DNA of 64,000 bases from the NCBI GenBank assembly GCA_965215185.1, contig OZ244034.1, positions 1 to 64,000 of the forward strand. Direction: 5' to 3'. The notes beneath the pieces are model-generated. The model was given only the letters and a program-made list of their open reading frames with translations. It was not told where the DNA came from and made no database searches. The DNA comes from Acidimicrobiia bacterium. GTDB taxonomy: Bacteria > Actinomycetota > Acidimicrobiia > Spongiisociales > ZC4RG35. The number at the start of each line of letters is the position of its first letter. Position 1 is the stretch's first letter. The translations under genes were made by a program, and so were the position numbers. Of the stretch, positions 22,181 to 35,869 are shown piece after piece.

Positions 22181-22590
22181 TGAAGGCTTAGAGCCAGAAT
22201 GTTGCGCAACTGTTCCGCGCCTCCCCTACGCCGTGTTCCAGGACATGGGCAACAGCGTGGTATGTTCCCCTCGCAAGTAGACGACATACGAGGAAGAAGA
22301 CCACCATAGAAACGCCCAACAGCAGCAGGTTTCGGGTCGTGCCGCCCAAACCTTGAGCCATTTTCGGAAATTTGAGTACCCCGGAGAGGAGTATCGAGAG
22401 GCCGAATAAAGGCTAATACCGTCGAAATGTGAGTCAGGCTGGGATAGTTGGTCAGCGCTTCGTTCAAACCGACCATGTCAAGGGCTTCAACAGGTTCGAT
22501 CAGCAACTACCCTCAGCAACTACCCTGGGTGCTAGATATGGGACGCGGGACCTGCAACATCTCGGGGTATTGCACCCTCCGGGAGGGTTT

Positions 22591-23880
22591 GTGAGCCAAA
22601 ACGGGTATTCAGGTTCCGATGTCCTGGTGGTAGGCGGCGGGATTGTCGGGCTCTGTTCTGCGCTCCATCTCCAGCAACGGGGTTACGCCGTCACCATTAT
22701 CGACCGCGGCGCCCCGGGCAATGGAGCATCCGGGCACAACGCCGGGATCTTCTCGATCGGCAATTGCATTCCGACGGCCACGCCCGGGGTGATCCGCTCT
22801 GTGCCGAAGATGCTCCTGGACCCAGCCTCACCCCTCGCAATCCGATGGCGCTACCTGCCGAAGTTGACTCCCTGGCTGGTTCGGTTCCTCTTAGCGAGCC
22901 GTCCGAGCCGGGTCGAGCATCTGTCCTTGGCCATCACGAGCTTGCAGAAGCAGGCGGTGCGAGCCTATGCGGATCTTGTGCCAGTGCCGGATGAGGATGC
23001 TGCACTCTTCGCGGGCGGCCACCTCCTCGCCTTCGGGTCGGACGAGGTCTTCAAAAAGGCGACGTACAGTATCCAAATGCGCCGAGCACGCGGCATCGAC
23101 ATGGAGATCTTGGATGCAGCCGGGGTCGCCGCTGCCTACCCCGTTCTGGCCGGCCGCATCCCCCACGGCGTGCTGGTCACCGGCTCGTATTATGCCGACC
23201 CGCGAGCGTTCACCACCGCGGTCGCCTCCCGCTTCACCCAAGCCGGGGGGCAGTGGTTGCAGAGCACCGTGCGGGGTTTTGACATCAGAGGGAAGAGGGT
23301 GGCTGCAGTGGAGACGGACGACGGCCGAGTTGAGGCTTCCGCGGTCGTTATCGCTGCCGGGGCGTGGTCGCGATCGCTGGTACGTGCCCTGGGCTTCGAA
23401 ACACCGCTGGACACCGAGCGCGGATACGGAGTGCGGATACCCGACCCGGGTGTCGAACTCAACGGACCGGTGATCTACATAGACCACCACGTCGGGATAA
23501 CCCCGATACCGGGTTGGCTCATGCTGGCGGGAACCGATGAGCTTGCCGGTCTCCACGCACCCCCGGACTACGCCCGCGCCGATATGCTGATCGAGGCCGC
23601 CAAGAAGCTGTTCCCTGGGTTGAACACCGACGGCGCCGAGAAGTGGATGAGCTTTCGCCCCTCTCATCCAGATTCGCTTCCAGTCATCGGCCGATCACCA
23701 AGGCAGGAGAATGTGTACCTCGCCTATGGCCACGGTCATGTCGGTTTCAGCCTCGGTGCGATAACCGGGGAGCTGATCGGTCAACTCGTCGCTGAGGAGC
23801 ACACCACCGTCGACCTCGAGCCGTTCCGCCCCACCCGTTTCCGGATGCTGGGGCGCCGGAAACCTGTGAACTCTGCTTGA
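22591..23880 (+). CDS. FAD-dependent D-amino acid dehydrogenase (DadA family)
   Basis: VVGGGIVG, GASGHNAG, W.SFRPSHPDSLPVIG and GHGHVGFSLG motifs; SD GGGAGG before the GTG. Confidence 0.88.
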   Translation: MSQNGYSGSDVLVVGGGIVGLCSALHLQQRGYAVTIIDRGAPGNGASGHNAGIFSIGNCIPTATPGVIRSVPKMLLDPASPLAIRWRYLPKLTPWLVRFLLASRPSRVEHLSLAITSLQKQAVRAYADLVPVPDEDAALFAGGHLLAFGSDEVFKKATYSIQMRRARGIDMEILDAAGVAAAYPVLAGRIPHGVLVTGSYYADPRAFTTAVASRFTQAGGQWLQSTVRGFDIRGKRVAAVETDDGRVEASAVVIAAGAWSRSLVRALGFETPLDTERGYGVRIPDPGVELNGPVIYIDHHVGITPIPGWLMLAGTDELAGLHAPPDYARADMLIEAAKKLFPGLNTDGAEKWMSFRPSHPDSLPVIGRSPRQENVYLAYGHGHVGFSLGAITGELIGQLVAEEHTTVDLEPFRPTRFRMLGRRKPVNSA

Positions 23881-23912
23881 GATTCGGTAGGGGAATTGAA
23901 AGGAGTGCCCTG

Positions 23913-24983
23913 ATGGAAAGAAACGAAACCCTCGACTCGGGAGAGGTGCTGGTGCCTGCCGCCCACCTCAGACGCTTCGCCTGCAGCGTCTTCTCGCAGC
24001 TAGGTATGACGCCAGAGCACGCCTTTTTGATGGCAGACCAGATCACCTGGGCGCATCTGCGCGGCCATTCTTCACTGGGCGCCCGCAAGATCATCCAGTA
24101 CGGGACGAGGGTGCTCAACGGTGGCACCTCTGCGGTTGGCGAATCCGAGGTGATCGTCGAAACTGCGGCCTTTGTACTTCTCGACGCCAACCACACCTTC
24201 AGTCAGGTTGCCGGTGTGGATGCGATGCGCAGGGCGGTGGCAATGGCCGGGAGTGTCGGCACCGGCGTGGCCGTGCTGCGCAACACGACGTCGGCAGGCG
24301 CCCTTGGCTACTTCGCTGAAATCGCCGCGAAGGACGGAATGATCGGCATGGCGATCAACAACGGTCCGGCCCTCCTCCATCCTTGGGGAGGAAAGACCAA
24401 ACTCTTCGGAAACCAGGCGTTTGCCATCGCCAGCCCTTCCGATAACTTCGACGACGTCATCCTCGACACTGCGCTTGGCGAGATGACTCATGTCGGAATG
24501 CACGGCTACCAAGAGCGCGGCGAAACGCTGCCCGAGGGGGTCGCACTCGACGCATCGGGTCGTCCGACGGTGGATCCTGCCGAGGCAATCGCGGGGATTA
24601 TGGTGCCGATGGGAGGCCACCGAGGTTACGGTCTCGCGGTGATGTGGGAGGTGTTAACCGGCGTGCTGGCCGGTGGCGGCCGGTTTATCGATGACATCAC
24701 CATGCCGGACGTCTTTGATCGTCCCCAAGGCGTCAGTATGTTCTTTTTGGCGATCAACCCGCAAATCTGTATGCCTCTGGATACATTCGCAGCAAGAGTC
24801 GATCAACTGATCGACCGGATCCACGCCTCTCCGCCGGCCCAGGGTGTGGAAAGGGTTCTGTTCCCGGGTGAACGCAGTGCTGAAAGGGCGCGACGCAGGA
24901 GCCGCAACGGTATTTCGTTGCCGCCATCTCTGATAGCGGCACTTGAGGCATTCGGCGCCGAACTCGGCGTGCCATGGAATTGA
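23913..24983 (+). CDS. Ldh2 (malate/L-lactate/ureidoglycolate dehydrogenase, DpkA-like) family oxidoreductase
   Basis: PWGG..LFGNQAFAIA, GGHRGYGLA..EVLTG and C-terminal FPGER motifs; SD AAGGAG. Confidence 0.85.
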   Translation: MERNETLDSGEVLVPAAHLRRFACSVFSQLGMTPEHAFLMADQITWAHLRGHSSLGARKIIQYGTRVLNGGTSAVGESEVIVETAAFVLLDANHTFSQVAGVDAMRRAVAMAGSVGTGVAVLRNTTSAGALGYFAEIAAKDGMIGMAINNGPALLHPWGGKTKLFGNQAFAIASPSDNFDDVILDTALGEMTHVGMHGYQERGETLPEGVALDASGRPTVDPAEAIAGIMVPMGGHRGYGLAVMWEVLTGVLAGGGRFIDDITMPDVFDRPQGVSMFFLAINPQICMPLDTFAARVDQLIDRIHASPPAQGVERVLFPGERSAERARRRSRNGISLPPSLIAALEAFGAELGVPWN

Positions 24984-25203
24984 CAGAACTTAGGTGGTAT
25001 TTGAACTCGCCTGTCCAGGAGGCCTCATGTGACCTCGGCAAACAAGGACCATACCGGACAGTAGGAACACATGATGAAACCGAACCGTCTCGGAAGGTCC
25101 GTCCACGAACTCCTCAATTCAGCTTTCGAGCCTGTAGCGATGCCGCTAGGAATAGACTCCCAGGAACAAATCGTTCCATTCTTGGGTGACAAACGAAAGT
25201 CTT

Positions 25204-25605
25204 ATGGAACCGCGCATCAGCATCATCACCTTGGGGGTGACCGACCTGCCCCGTTCGGTTGAGTTTTACCGGAACGGATTGGGACTACCCCTCTTTGACG
25301 AAAACACCGAGGACATCGCCTTTTTCCAGAACCGGGGCACTTGGTTGGCCCTGTACCCGCGGGAGTCTCTGGCGGCCGACGCCGGCATTGCCACGGAGGG
25401 AAGCGGATTTTCGGGCGTCACTCTGGCTCACAATGTCCGCACCAGGGAAGAGGTGGACGCTCTGTTGGACGTGGCCGTAGCCGCTGGCGCCACTCTGGTG
25501 AAGCCGGCTCAGGACACCTTCTGGGGCGGTTACTCCGGCTATTTCGCCGACCCGGAGGGCTACTTGTGGGAAATCGCGTGGAATCCCCACTTTCAGATTG
25601 AGTGA
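25204..25605 (+). CDS. VOC/glyoxalase family protein
   Basis: MEPRISIITLGV.DL..SVEFY and FWGGYSGYFADPEGYLWEIAWNP. Confidence 0.9.
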   Translation: MEPRISIITLGVTDLPRSVEFYRNGLGLPLFDENTEDIAFFQNRGTWLALYPRESLAADAGIATEGSGFSGVTLAHNVRTREEVDALLDVAVAAGATLVKPAQDTFWGGYSGYFADPEGYLWEIAWNPHFQIE

Positions 25606-25749
25606 GGAGATAGTCGAGTGGGGCCCAAGAGACAGTGTCATGGAGCCACTTTGACGCAGGGGGGCACGACAACCGGCTCGTATACTCCATAATCGAATGG
25701 GGTTCGGGGCTTAGGGGAACAACCAGGCTACGGCAGATGGAGTTGAATT

Positions 25750-26052
25750 GTGACCGCAGCGCATGATATGGGCGGCAGGCCCAACGACCAGCCCATCGAT
25801 ATGTCCGAACGCCCCCGGATGGAATGGGAAAGCCGGGCCCACGCACTCGTGGACGTGCTCTGTGAGAAACGGGTGATCACCTCCGACGAACTGCGCCGGG
25901 GCATCGAGACGCTCTCGACACAGGACTATCAGAGGCTCAGTTATTACGAGCGATGGTCGGCATCGTTGGAACTCCTTTTGGTCGAGAAGGGTTTGCTCAA
26001 TGCGGAGGAGGTTGCCGGACGAGCGACTGCTTTGAAGGAGAGGTGGGTCTGA
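25750..26052 (+). CDS. Nitrile hydratase beta subunit, N-terminal half (stand-alone)
   Basis: HDMGG, WE.R, DELRRGIE and YYERW motifs. Confidence 0.85.
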   Translation: MTAAHDMGGRPNDQPIDMSERPRMEWESRAHALVDVLCEKRVITSDELRRGIETLSTQDYQRLSYYERWSASLELLLVEKGLLNAEEVAGRATALKERWV

Positions 26053-26053
26053 G

Positions 26054-26356
26054 ATGGCAGGGTTGCTCCCCGGAGACACGGTCAGAGTACTGCCGAGGGT
26101 GGTTGACACTCATCACCGGACCCCCGGGTACGTGAAAGGCAAGGTGGGACGGGTGCATGCTTTGTCAGGGAACTTCTATGATCCGGAGTCTCGAGCATAC
26201 GATGGGAAGGGGCTCCCGAAACGGGCCCTCTACCGGGTTGAGTTCGATATGAGAGGTCTGTGGGGGCGGCGATATAGTGGGGCGGCGGGAGACAGTCTGC
26301 TTGTTGACATTTTTGAACAGTGGCTGGAACCAGTCAACCAGCCGAGCGGCGATTGA
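26054..26356 (+). CDS. Nitrile hydratase beta subunit, C-terminal SH3-like half (stand-alone)
   Basis: GDTVRV, HHRTPGYVKGKVG, LYRVEF...LWG and VDIFEQWLEP motifs. Confidence 0.85.
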   Translation: MAGLLPGDTVRVLPRVVDTHHRTPGYVKGKVGRVHALSGNFYDPESRAYDGKGLPKRALYRVEFDMRGLWGRRYSGAAGDSLLVDIFEQWLEPVNQPSGD

Positions 26357-26364
26357 GGTAAGAC

Positions 26365-27021
26365 ATGAGCGCGCAGGAGCATCATCAACCCCATGACCAC
26401 GGGGACCATGATCATCCGGGAATGGAAGATGATGTCGAGTTGGGTGACCGCGCCTGGCGCTTGCTGGCCATGGAGGCGGTCCTCGTAGAAAAGGGTGTGA
26501 TCGGCCCCGACGAAGTACGCCGGATCATGGATGTAGTGGCGGCTCGGTCACCGGTTGATGGCGCCAGGGTCGTGGCTCGGGCATGGGTCGACCCGGCCTA
26601 CAAGCGCAGTCTGCTGGAAGATCCGCGGGTGGCTTTGACCGATTTGGGTTATCCGCTGGTGTCCGGCTCCATGCTGACGGTGCTGGAAAACACCGAAAAG
26701 GTGCATTACCTGGTGGTCTGCACCCTGTGCTCGTGCTATCCGAGTTCGCTGCTGGGGTCTCCGCCCGACTGGTACAAGAGCTTCGCCTATCGTTCCAGGG
26801 CCGTGGTCGACCCTCGTGGGGTTATGCGGGAGTTTGGTCTGGAAGTGGGGGACCACGTTGAGGTTCGGGTTGTCGACAGCGCCGCGGATCTGCGGTACAT
26901 GGTGCTGCCTTTGAGACCTGAGGGGACCGATGGGATGGAGGAGGCGGAACTCGTCGAACTTGTCACCCGCGACAGTTTGATCGGTGTCGGCGTAGCCAAC
27001 TCACCGGTTCTCGATCTCTGA
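26365..27021 (+). CDS. nthA: Cobalt-type nitrile hydratase alpha subunit
   Basis: GARVVARAWVDP, metal-binding VCTLCSCY (T...Y = Co-type), WYKS..YRSR and RYMVLP; His-rich N-terminus. Confidence 0.9.
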   Translation: MSAQEHHQPHDHGDHDHPGMEDDVELGDRAWRLLAMEAVLVEKGVIGPDEVRRIMDVVAARSPVDGARVVARAWVDPAYKRSLLEDPRVALTDLGYPLVSGSMLTVLENTEKVHYLVVCTLCSCYPSSLLGSPPDWYKSFAYRSRAVVDPRGVMREFGLEVGDHVEVRVVDSAADLRYMVLPLRPEGTDGMEEAELVELVTRDSLIGVGVANSPVLDL

Positions 27022-27119
27022 CAGGTGAGACCCTCGGCGACAACCTCACCGCACGGTACCCTTTGACTTGTCCGACCGGTTCTCATGGCGAAATAGTCAA
27101 ACCAGAACACGGGATTTAC

Positions 27120-27208
27120 TTGACAGGCGCGGCTTGGGTGTCTAGAGTAAGCACCGGAGGGTGGTCTTGAATAGGGATTTGTGCGATTAGAGCGCACAAG
27201 TATATACT
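27120..27208 (+). promoter_or_regulatory. SigA-type promoter(s) of rpoBC with an overlapping palindrome
   Basis: TTGACA(27120)-17 bp-TAGAGT(27143). A second candidate is TTGTGC-18 bp-TATACT(27203). Palindrome TTGTGCG-N7-CGCACAA at 27179-27199. Confidence 0.65.
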
Positions 27209-27254
27209 AAAGAACCTGCCTGTTCACGCCCGTATGTTTTAAGGAGGACGCATT

Positions 27255-30200
27255 TTGTCTACGCGTCTGCCCGAGCGTTTCTCTTTCTCCCGTATCCCTA
27301 CCGTCCACGAACTTCCCGATCTCATAGCTATCCAAAGAGATTCCTTCAATTGGTTTCTCGATGCCGGGATCGACGAAGTCTTCCAAGACATTTCTCCCAT
27401 TGAGGATGTAACCGGCCAGTTGATTTTGATGCTGGCCGACCACACTTTCGGTCCACCAATCGCCACGGTGGAGGAGTGCAAGTCCCAGGACAAAACCTAT
27501 GGGCGCCCCCTCACGGTGATGGGTCGTTTCCTGAATCGCCATACCGGGGAGATCAAGGAGGAAAAGATCTACCTTGGGGACTTCCCCATGATGACTCCCA
27601 AGGGGGTTTTCGTGATCAACGGTACGGAGCGGGTGATCGTTTCCCAGCTAGTCCGTTCACCGGGAGTGTATTTCAATCGCACCCGCGACAAGAACTCCGA
27701 CGCCTACTTCTACAGCGCCAAGGTCATTCCAGGGCGGGGAGCATGGTTGGAGATGGACACAGACCGAAAGGACACCATCGGGGTGCGGGTGGACCGCAAG
27801 CGTCGTCAGCACATGTCTTCCTTTATGCGGGCCATTGGGGTTAAGGTCCCCGGTACCGACCACGTAGTCGAGACCGACGAGGAGATCCTGGAGATCTTCA
27901 ATGGGGCCGAATCGGTGAGGAACACATTGGAGAGGGATCCCGTTGCTCCCAACCGCGAGGCGGCGCTGATCGACCTTTATCGCAAGCTCCGTCCTGGTGA
28001 GCCGGCCTCGGCCGAATCGGCGCTGGGGCTGATTAACAACTGGTTTCGCAATACCAAGCGCTACGACCTCAGTCGGGTGGGGCGCTACAAACTGGCTCTG
28101 AAATTCAACGACGAAATTCCTGTCGACTCTCGGACTTCGGGACAGGACGGTGCTTGGCAAGAGTTGCAACTTCTCCGCGACGAGGACATTATCGACACTT
28201 TGCGCTATGTAGTGGCGCTGCATGCGGGCGAGCCCATCATGACCACCCACCGGGAGGCAAAAGTACCGGTCCTCACCGATGACATCGACCACTTCGGTAA
28301 TCGGCGGGTAAGAACTGTGGGAGAATTGGTCCAAAACCAATTGCGAATCGGTTTGTCCCGGCTGGAGAGGGTGGTGAAGGAACGGATGTCCACCAAGGAT
28401 CACCACTCCATAACGCCCCGGATACTCATCAACAGCCGCCCGGTCACCGCCGCCATCATGGAGTTTTTTGGGACTTCACAGCTGAGCCAGTTCATGGATC
28501 AGCCCAACGCCCTAGCCGGTCTTACTCACCGGCGCCGGCTGTCGGCGCTGGGGCCGGGGGGACTCTCCCGGGAGAGGGCCGGTTTCGAGGTCAGGGATGT
28601 CCACCCCTCCCACTACGGGCGGATGTGTCCCATCGAGACGCCGGAAGGTCCCAACATCGGGTTGATCGGCTCCCTGGCGACGTATGCGCGGGTCAACGGC
28701 TACGGGTTCATCGAAACCCCCTATCGCAAGGTGGAGAACTCCAAGGTGCTGGACACGGTGGATTACCTAGCGGCCACCGAGGAGGAGCGGTTCGTGATCG
28801 CTCAGGCCAACGCGCCCATCGACCAAGACGGGTCATTTGTCAACGACACCGTTTTGATCCGTCGCGCAGGCGGTGAGGTGGATCGCGTACCCCCTTCGGA
28901 AGTGCATTACATGGACGTTTCCCCTAAGCAGATCGTCTCGCTTTCCACTTCTCTCATCCCTTTCTTGGAACACGACGACGCCAATCGTGCCTTGATGGGT
29001 TCAAATATGCAACGCCAAGCGGTTCCCCTGCTGCGTGCTGAAGCGCCGCTGGTGGGAACCGGCATGGAAGCAGTGGCCGCTCGGGACTCCGGAGATATGG
29101 TTGTTTCGCCGGTGGACGGCGAAGTTGTGGAGATAACCGGTCAAGAAGTGGTGGTGCGCGCCAACGACGGAAAACTCCACTCCAGGCCACTGGACAAATT
29201 CACGCGCTCCAATCAGGGAACCTGCATCAATCACAAACCGGTGGTGCAGGAGGGCGATCAGGTCAAGCAGGGCGACCTGCTCGCTGATGGGTCGTCCACC
29301 GACAACGGCGAGTTGGCGTTGGGCAAGAACCTGCTGGTTGCGTTCATGCCCTGGCAGGGATACAACTTTGAGGACGCCATCGTGCTTTCCGAACGGCTGG
29401 TAAAAGAAGACATCCTCACCTCGATCCACATTGAGGAGTTGGAGACCGAGGCCAGAGAGACCAAGCTGGGCGACGAGGAGATCACCCGGGACATTCCCAA
29501 TGTCCCCGACGAAGTGTTGGCGCATCTGGATGAGAATGGGATCATCCGGGTGGGCGCTGAGGTCACCCCCAATGATTATCTGGTGGGCAAGGTGACTCCC
29601 AAGGGGGAGACGGAGTTGACTCCCGAGGAGCGGCTACTGCGAGCCATCTTCGGGGAGAAGGCCCGGGAAGTGCGGGACAGTTCCCTGAAGGTGAAGCACG
29701 GTCAGGGAGGCAAGGTCATCGATGTCAAGGTGTTGCGACGCGCTGAAGGGAAGAACCTCAAGTCAGGGGTGAACGAGCAGGTACGAGTGTATGTGGCGCA
29801 GCAACGCAAAATCTCCGAGGGCGACAAACTGGCCGGTCGGCACGGCAATAAGGGCGTTATCGCCAAGATACTTCCCGAGGAGGACATGCCCTTCCTGGCG
29901 GACGGAACCCCGGTGGACATTGTGCTTTCGCCTTTGGGGGTGCCTTCCCGGATGAACCTGGGTCAAGTCATGGAGACCCATCTGGGATGGGCGGCCGCTG
30001 CCGGTTGGAAGAAATTCGCGGTGCCCGACAGCCCCCTGCCCGCCGGTGGCGAACCGTGGAGCCGCCTGGCCACCCCGGTGTTCGATGGGGCCCGAGAAGA
30101 AGAGATATTGAAGCTGTTGCGATGCGCCCTCCCCAATGAAGACGGGAACAAACTTGTCGACAAGAACGGGAAGGCCTATCTGTACGACGGCCGAACGGGT

Positions 30201-30697
30201 GAGCGATTCGACAATCCCATCACCGTTGGGTATATATACATTCTCAAGCTGGTCCACCTGGTGGATGACAAGATCCACGCCCGTTCAACCGGACCCTATT
30301 CGCTGATCACCCAGCAGCCCCTGGGTGGTAAGGCGCAGTTCGGAGGACAGCGATTCGGAGAGATGGAAGTGTGGGCGCTGGAGGCCTATGGCGCCGCCTA
30401 TGCGCTCCAAGAGTTTCTAACCATCAAATCCGATGATGTTCGAGGCCGGATCCGGGCCTATGAAGCCATCGTTCGAGAGACAATCCTCCCGAACCGGGTG
30501 TTCCTGAGAGTTTCAGGGTGCTGGTGAAGGAGATGCAGAGCCTCGGATTGAGCGTTGAGATGCTTTCCGCCGGTGAGCGCGTCGACTTGCGCGAGACCGA
30601 TGAGGACGCCTACCGGACTACCAGCATGCTCGACGGGATCGATATCTCCCGTCCCGAGCGACCGGAAGAAGCAACTCCCACCCCTTCCTATTTCTAA
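27255..30697 (+). CDS. rpoB: RNA polymerase beta subunit (1-nt frameshift at ~30477)
   Basis: [32 protein letters not shown] and GGQRFGEME. The conserved tail [25 protein letters not shown] continues in another frame to TAA at 30697. SD AAGGAGG. Confidence 0.97.
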
Positions 30698-30726
30698 GAC
30701 GACGGACCGACTGGGAGATATAGCCA

Positions 30727-34773
<4,047 letters not shown>

Positions 34774-34812
34774 ACAGACCGAGGTAGCGCCGGCGATTGG
34801 TTGGGGCTCTCG

Positions 34813-35796
34813 CTAGGGGCCCGACATTCTTCGGACCCGGGCGGGGCCGGAGATCAAGCCGATGAGGATGCCCATTCCATTGGAGAGTTGCACTATGGCT
34901 GCGGCCAGCCAAGGCCGCGGTCTGGCACCGGTGACGACGGCCAGATAAGCTATCCAGCCGCCTGGCGCCAAAGCAAGAGGCCACCACCATCCGAGCGTGG
35001 GCCCGGTCAACGCTGACGCAGCCAGCATTACCATCAGGCCCAAGGGAGCCAGAGGACGGAGGCTGGGCAGTTCTCGGTTGGCATAGAGCATCTCGGCTTT
35101 TCCCTTACCGTATCGGTAGAACTGTCTCCAAAGCTTGGTTGGGGTGGATCGGGGCCGGTATCGGGAGCGGATGGCAGGGTCCAGCACCACCGTGCCGCCC
35201 TTTTTGCGGATTCGATACGCTAAATCAGCGTCTTCGGCCACTCCACTGGGGAACCTCCTGAAGCCCAGTTCCAGAAGATGGCGACGTTGGATGGCGCCCA
35301 AATAGACGGTGTCGGAGCGGCGCCGTCGGCGGGCCCCCCGATAGGGAGCAGGCCCCACCACCCAGGGACTAGCCATCACCGACGCAACCGCTCGTCCGAA
35401 CGGGTCCGACCCTTCCGGGCGCATCAGCCCTCCCACCAGATCGGCGCCCGTTTCCGCCAAGGCCTCCACATTGCGGCGTAGATAGTCAGACTCGTAAACG
35501 GTATGGGCGTCGGCTCGGACCGCGATCTCTCCGGTGGCCTGCTGTGCGGCCAGGTTCAGGCTTTCGGTCAGGTTTCTCGGGCCATCCGCGGAGGGAATGA
35601 CCACTAGGCACTCCAGCGCTTCCTTCCAGGAAACCAGAGTTGCCACCGTGTTGTCCGCCGAACCCCCATCCACGGCCACTATCTCCCATTCTCCCTGATA
35701 ATCCTGATCTCGCAGGGATTCCATCACCTCTCCCAGCCCCGCAGCCTCGTTGAGAACCGGCATCAGAACGGAGACACTTGGCAACTTAATGGTCAC
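34813..35796 (-). CDS. GT2 glycosyltransferase (ExoA-like)
   Basis: SVLMPVLNE, VDGGSADNT, RADAH, DTVYLG and ED..LAYRI motifs, with C-terminal TM segments. Confidence 0.88.
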   Translation of the reverse strand: MTIKLPSVSVLMPVLNEAAGLGEVMESLRDQDYQGEWEIVAVDGGSADNTVATLVSWKEALECLVVIPSADGPRNLTESLNLAAQQATGEIAVRADAHTVYESDYLRRNVEALAETGADLVGGLMRPEGSDPFGRAVASVMASPWVVGPAPYRGARRRRRSDTVYLGAIQRRHLLELGFRRFPSGVAEDADLAYRIRKKGGTVVLDPAIRSRYRPRSTPTKLWRQFYRYGKGKAEMLYANRELPSLRPLAPLGLMVMLAASALTGPTLGWWWPLALAPGGWIAYLAVVTGARPRPWLAAAIVQLSNGMGILIGLISGPARVRRMSGP

Positions 35797-35869
35797 GGGT
35801 AATCACCATAGCCACCGGCCGGTCTGGTTGCGCCAGCAGGTCAAACGGCATGCGTACCATTCACGGTCT

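Noticed and set aside
25606-25750. Cobalamin or NiCo riboswitch upstream of the NHase
   Set aside because: No recognisable consensus elements; only a -10-like TATACT and a small hairpin.
28465-28560. Rifampicin-resistance alleles in the RpoB RRDR
   Set aside because: The key Q, D, H and S residues are intact. DQPNALAG differs from mycobacteria, but Ala at that Ser position occurs in susceptible bacteria.
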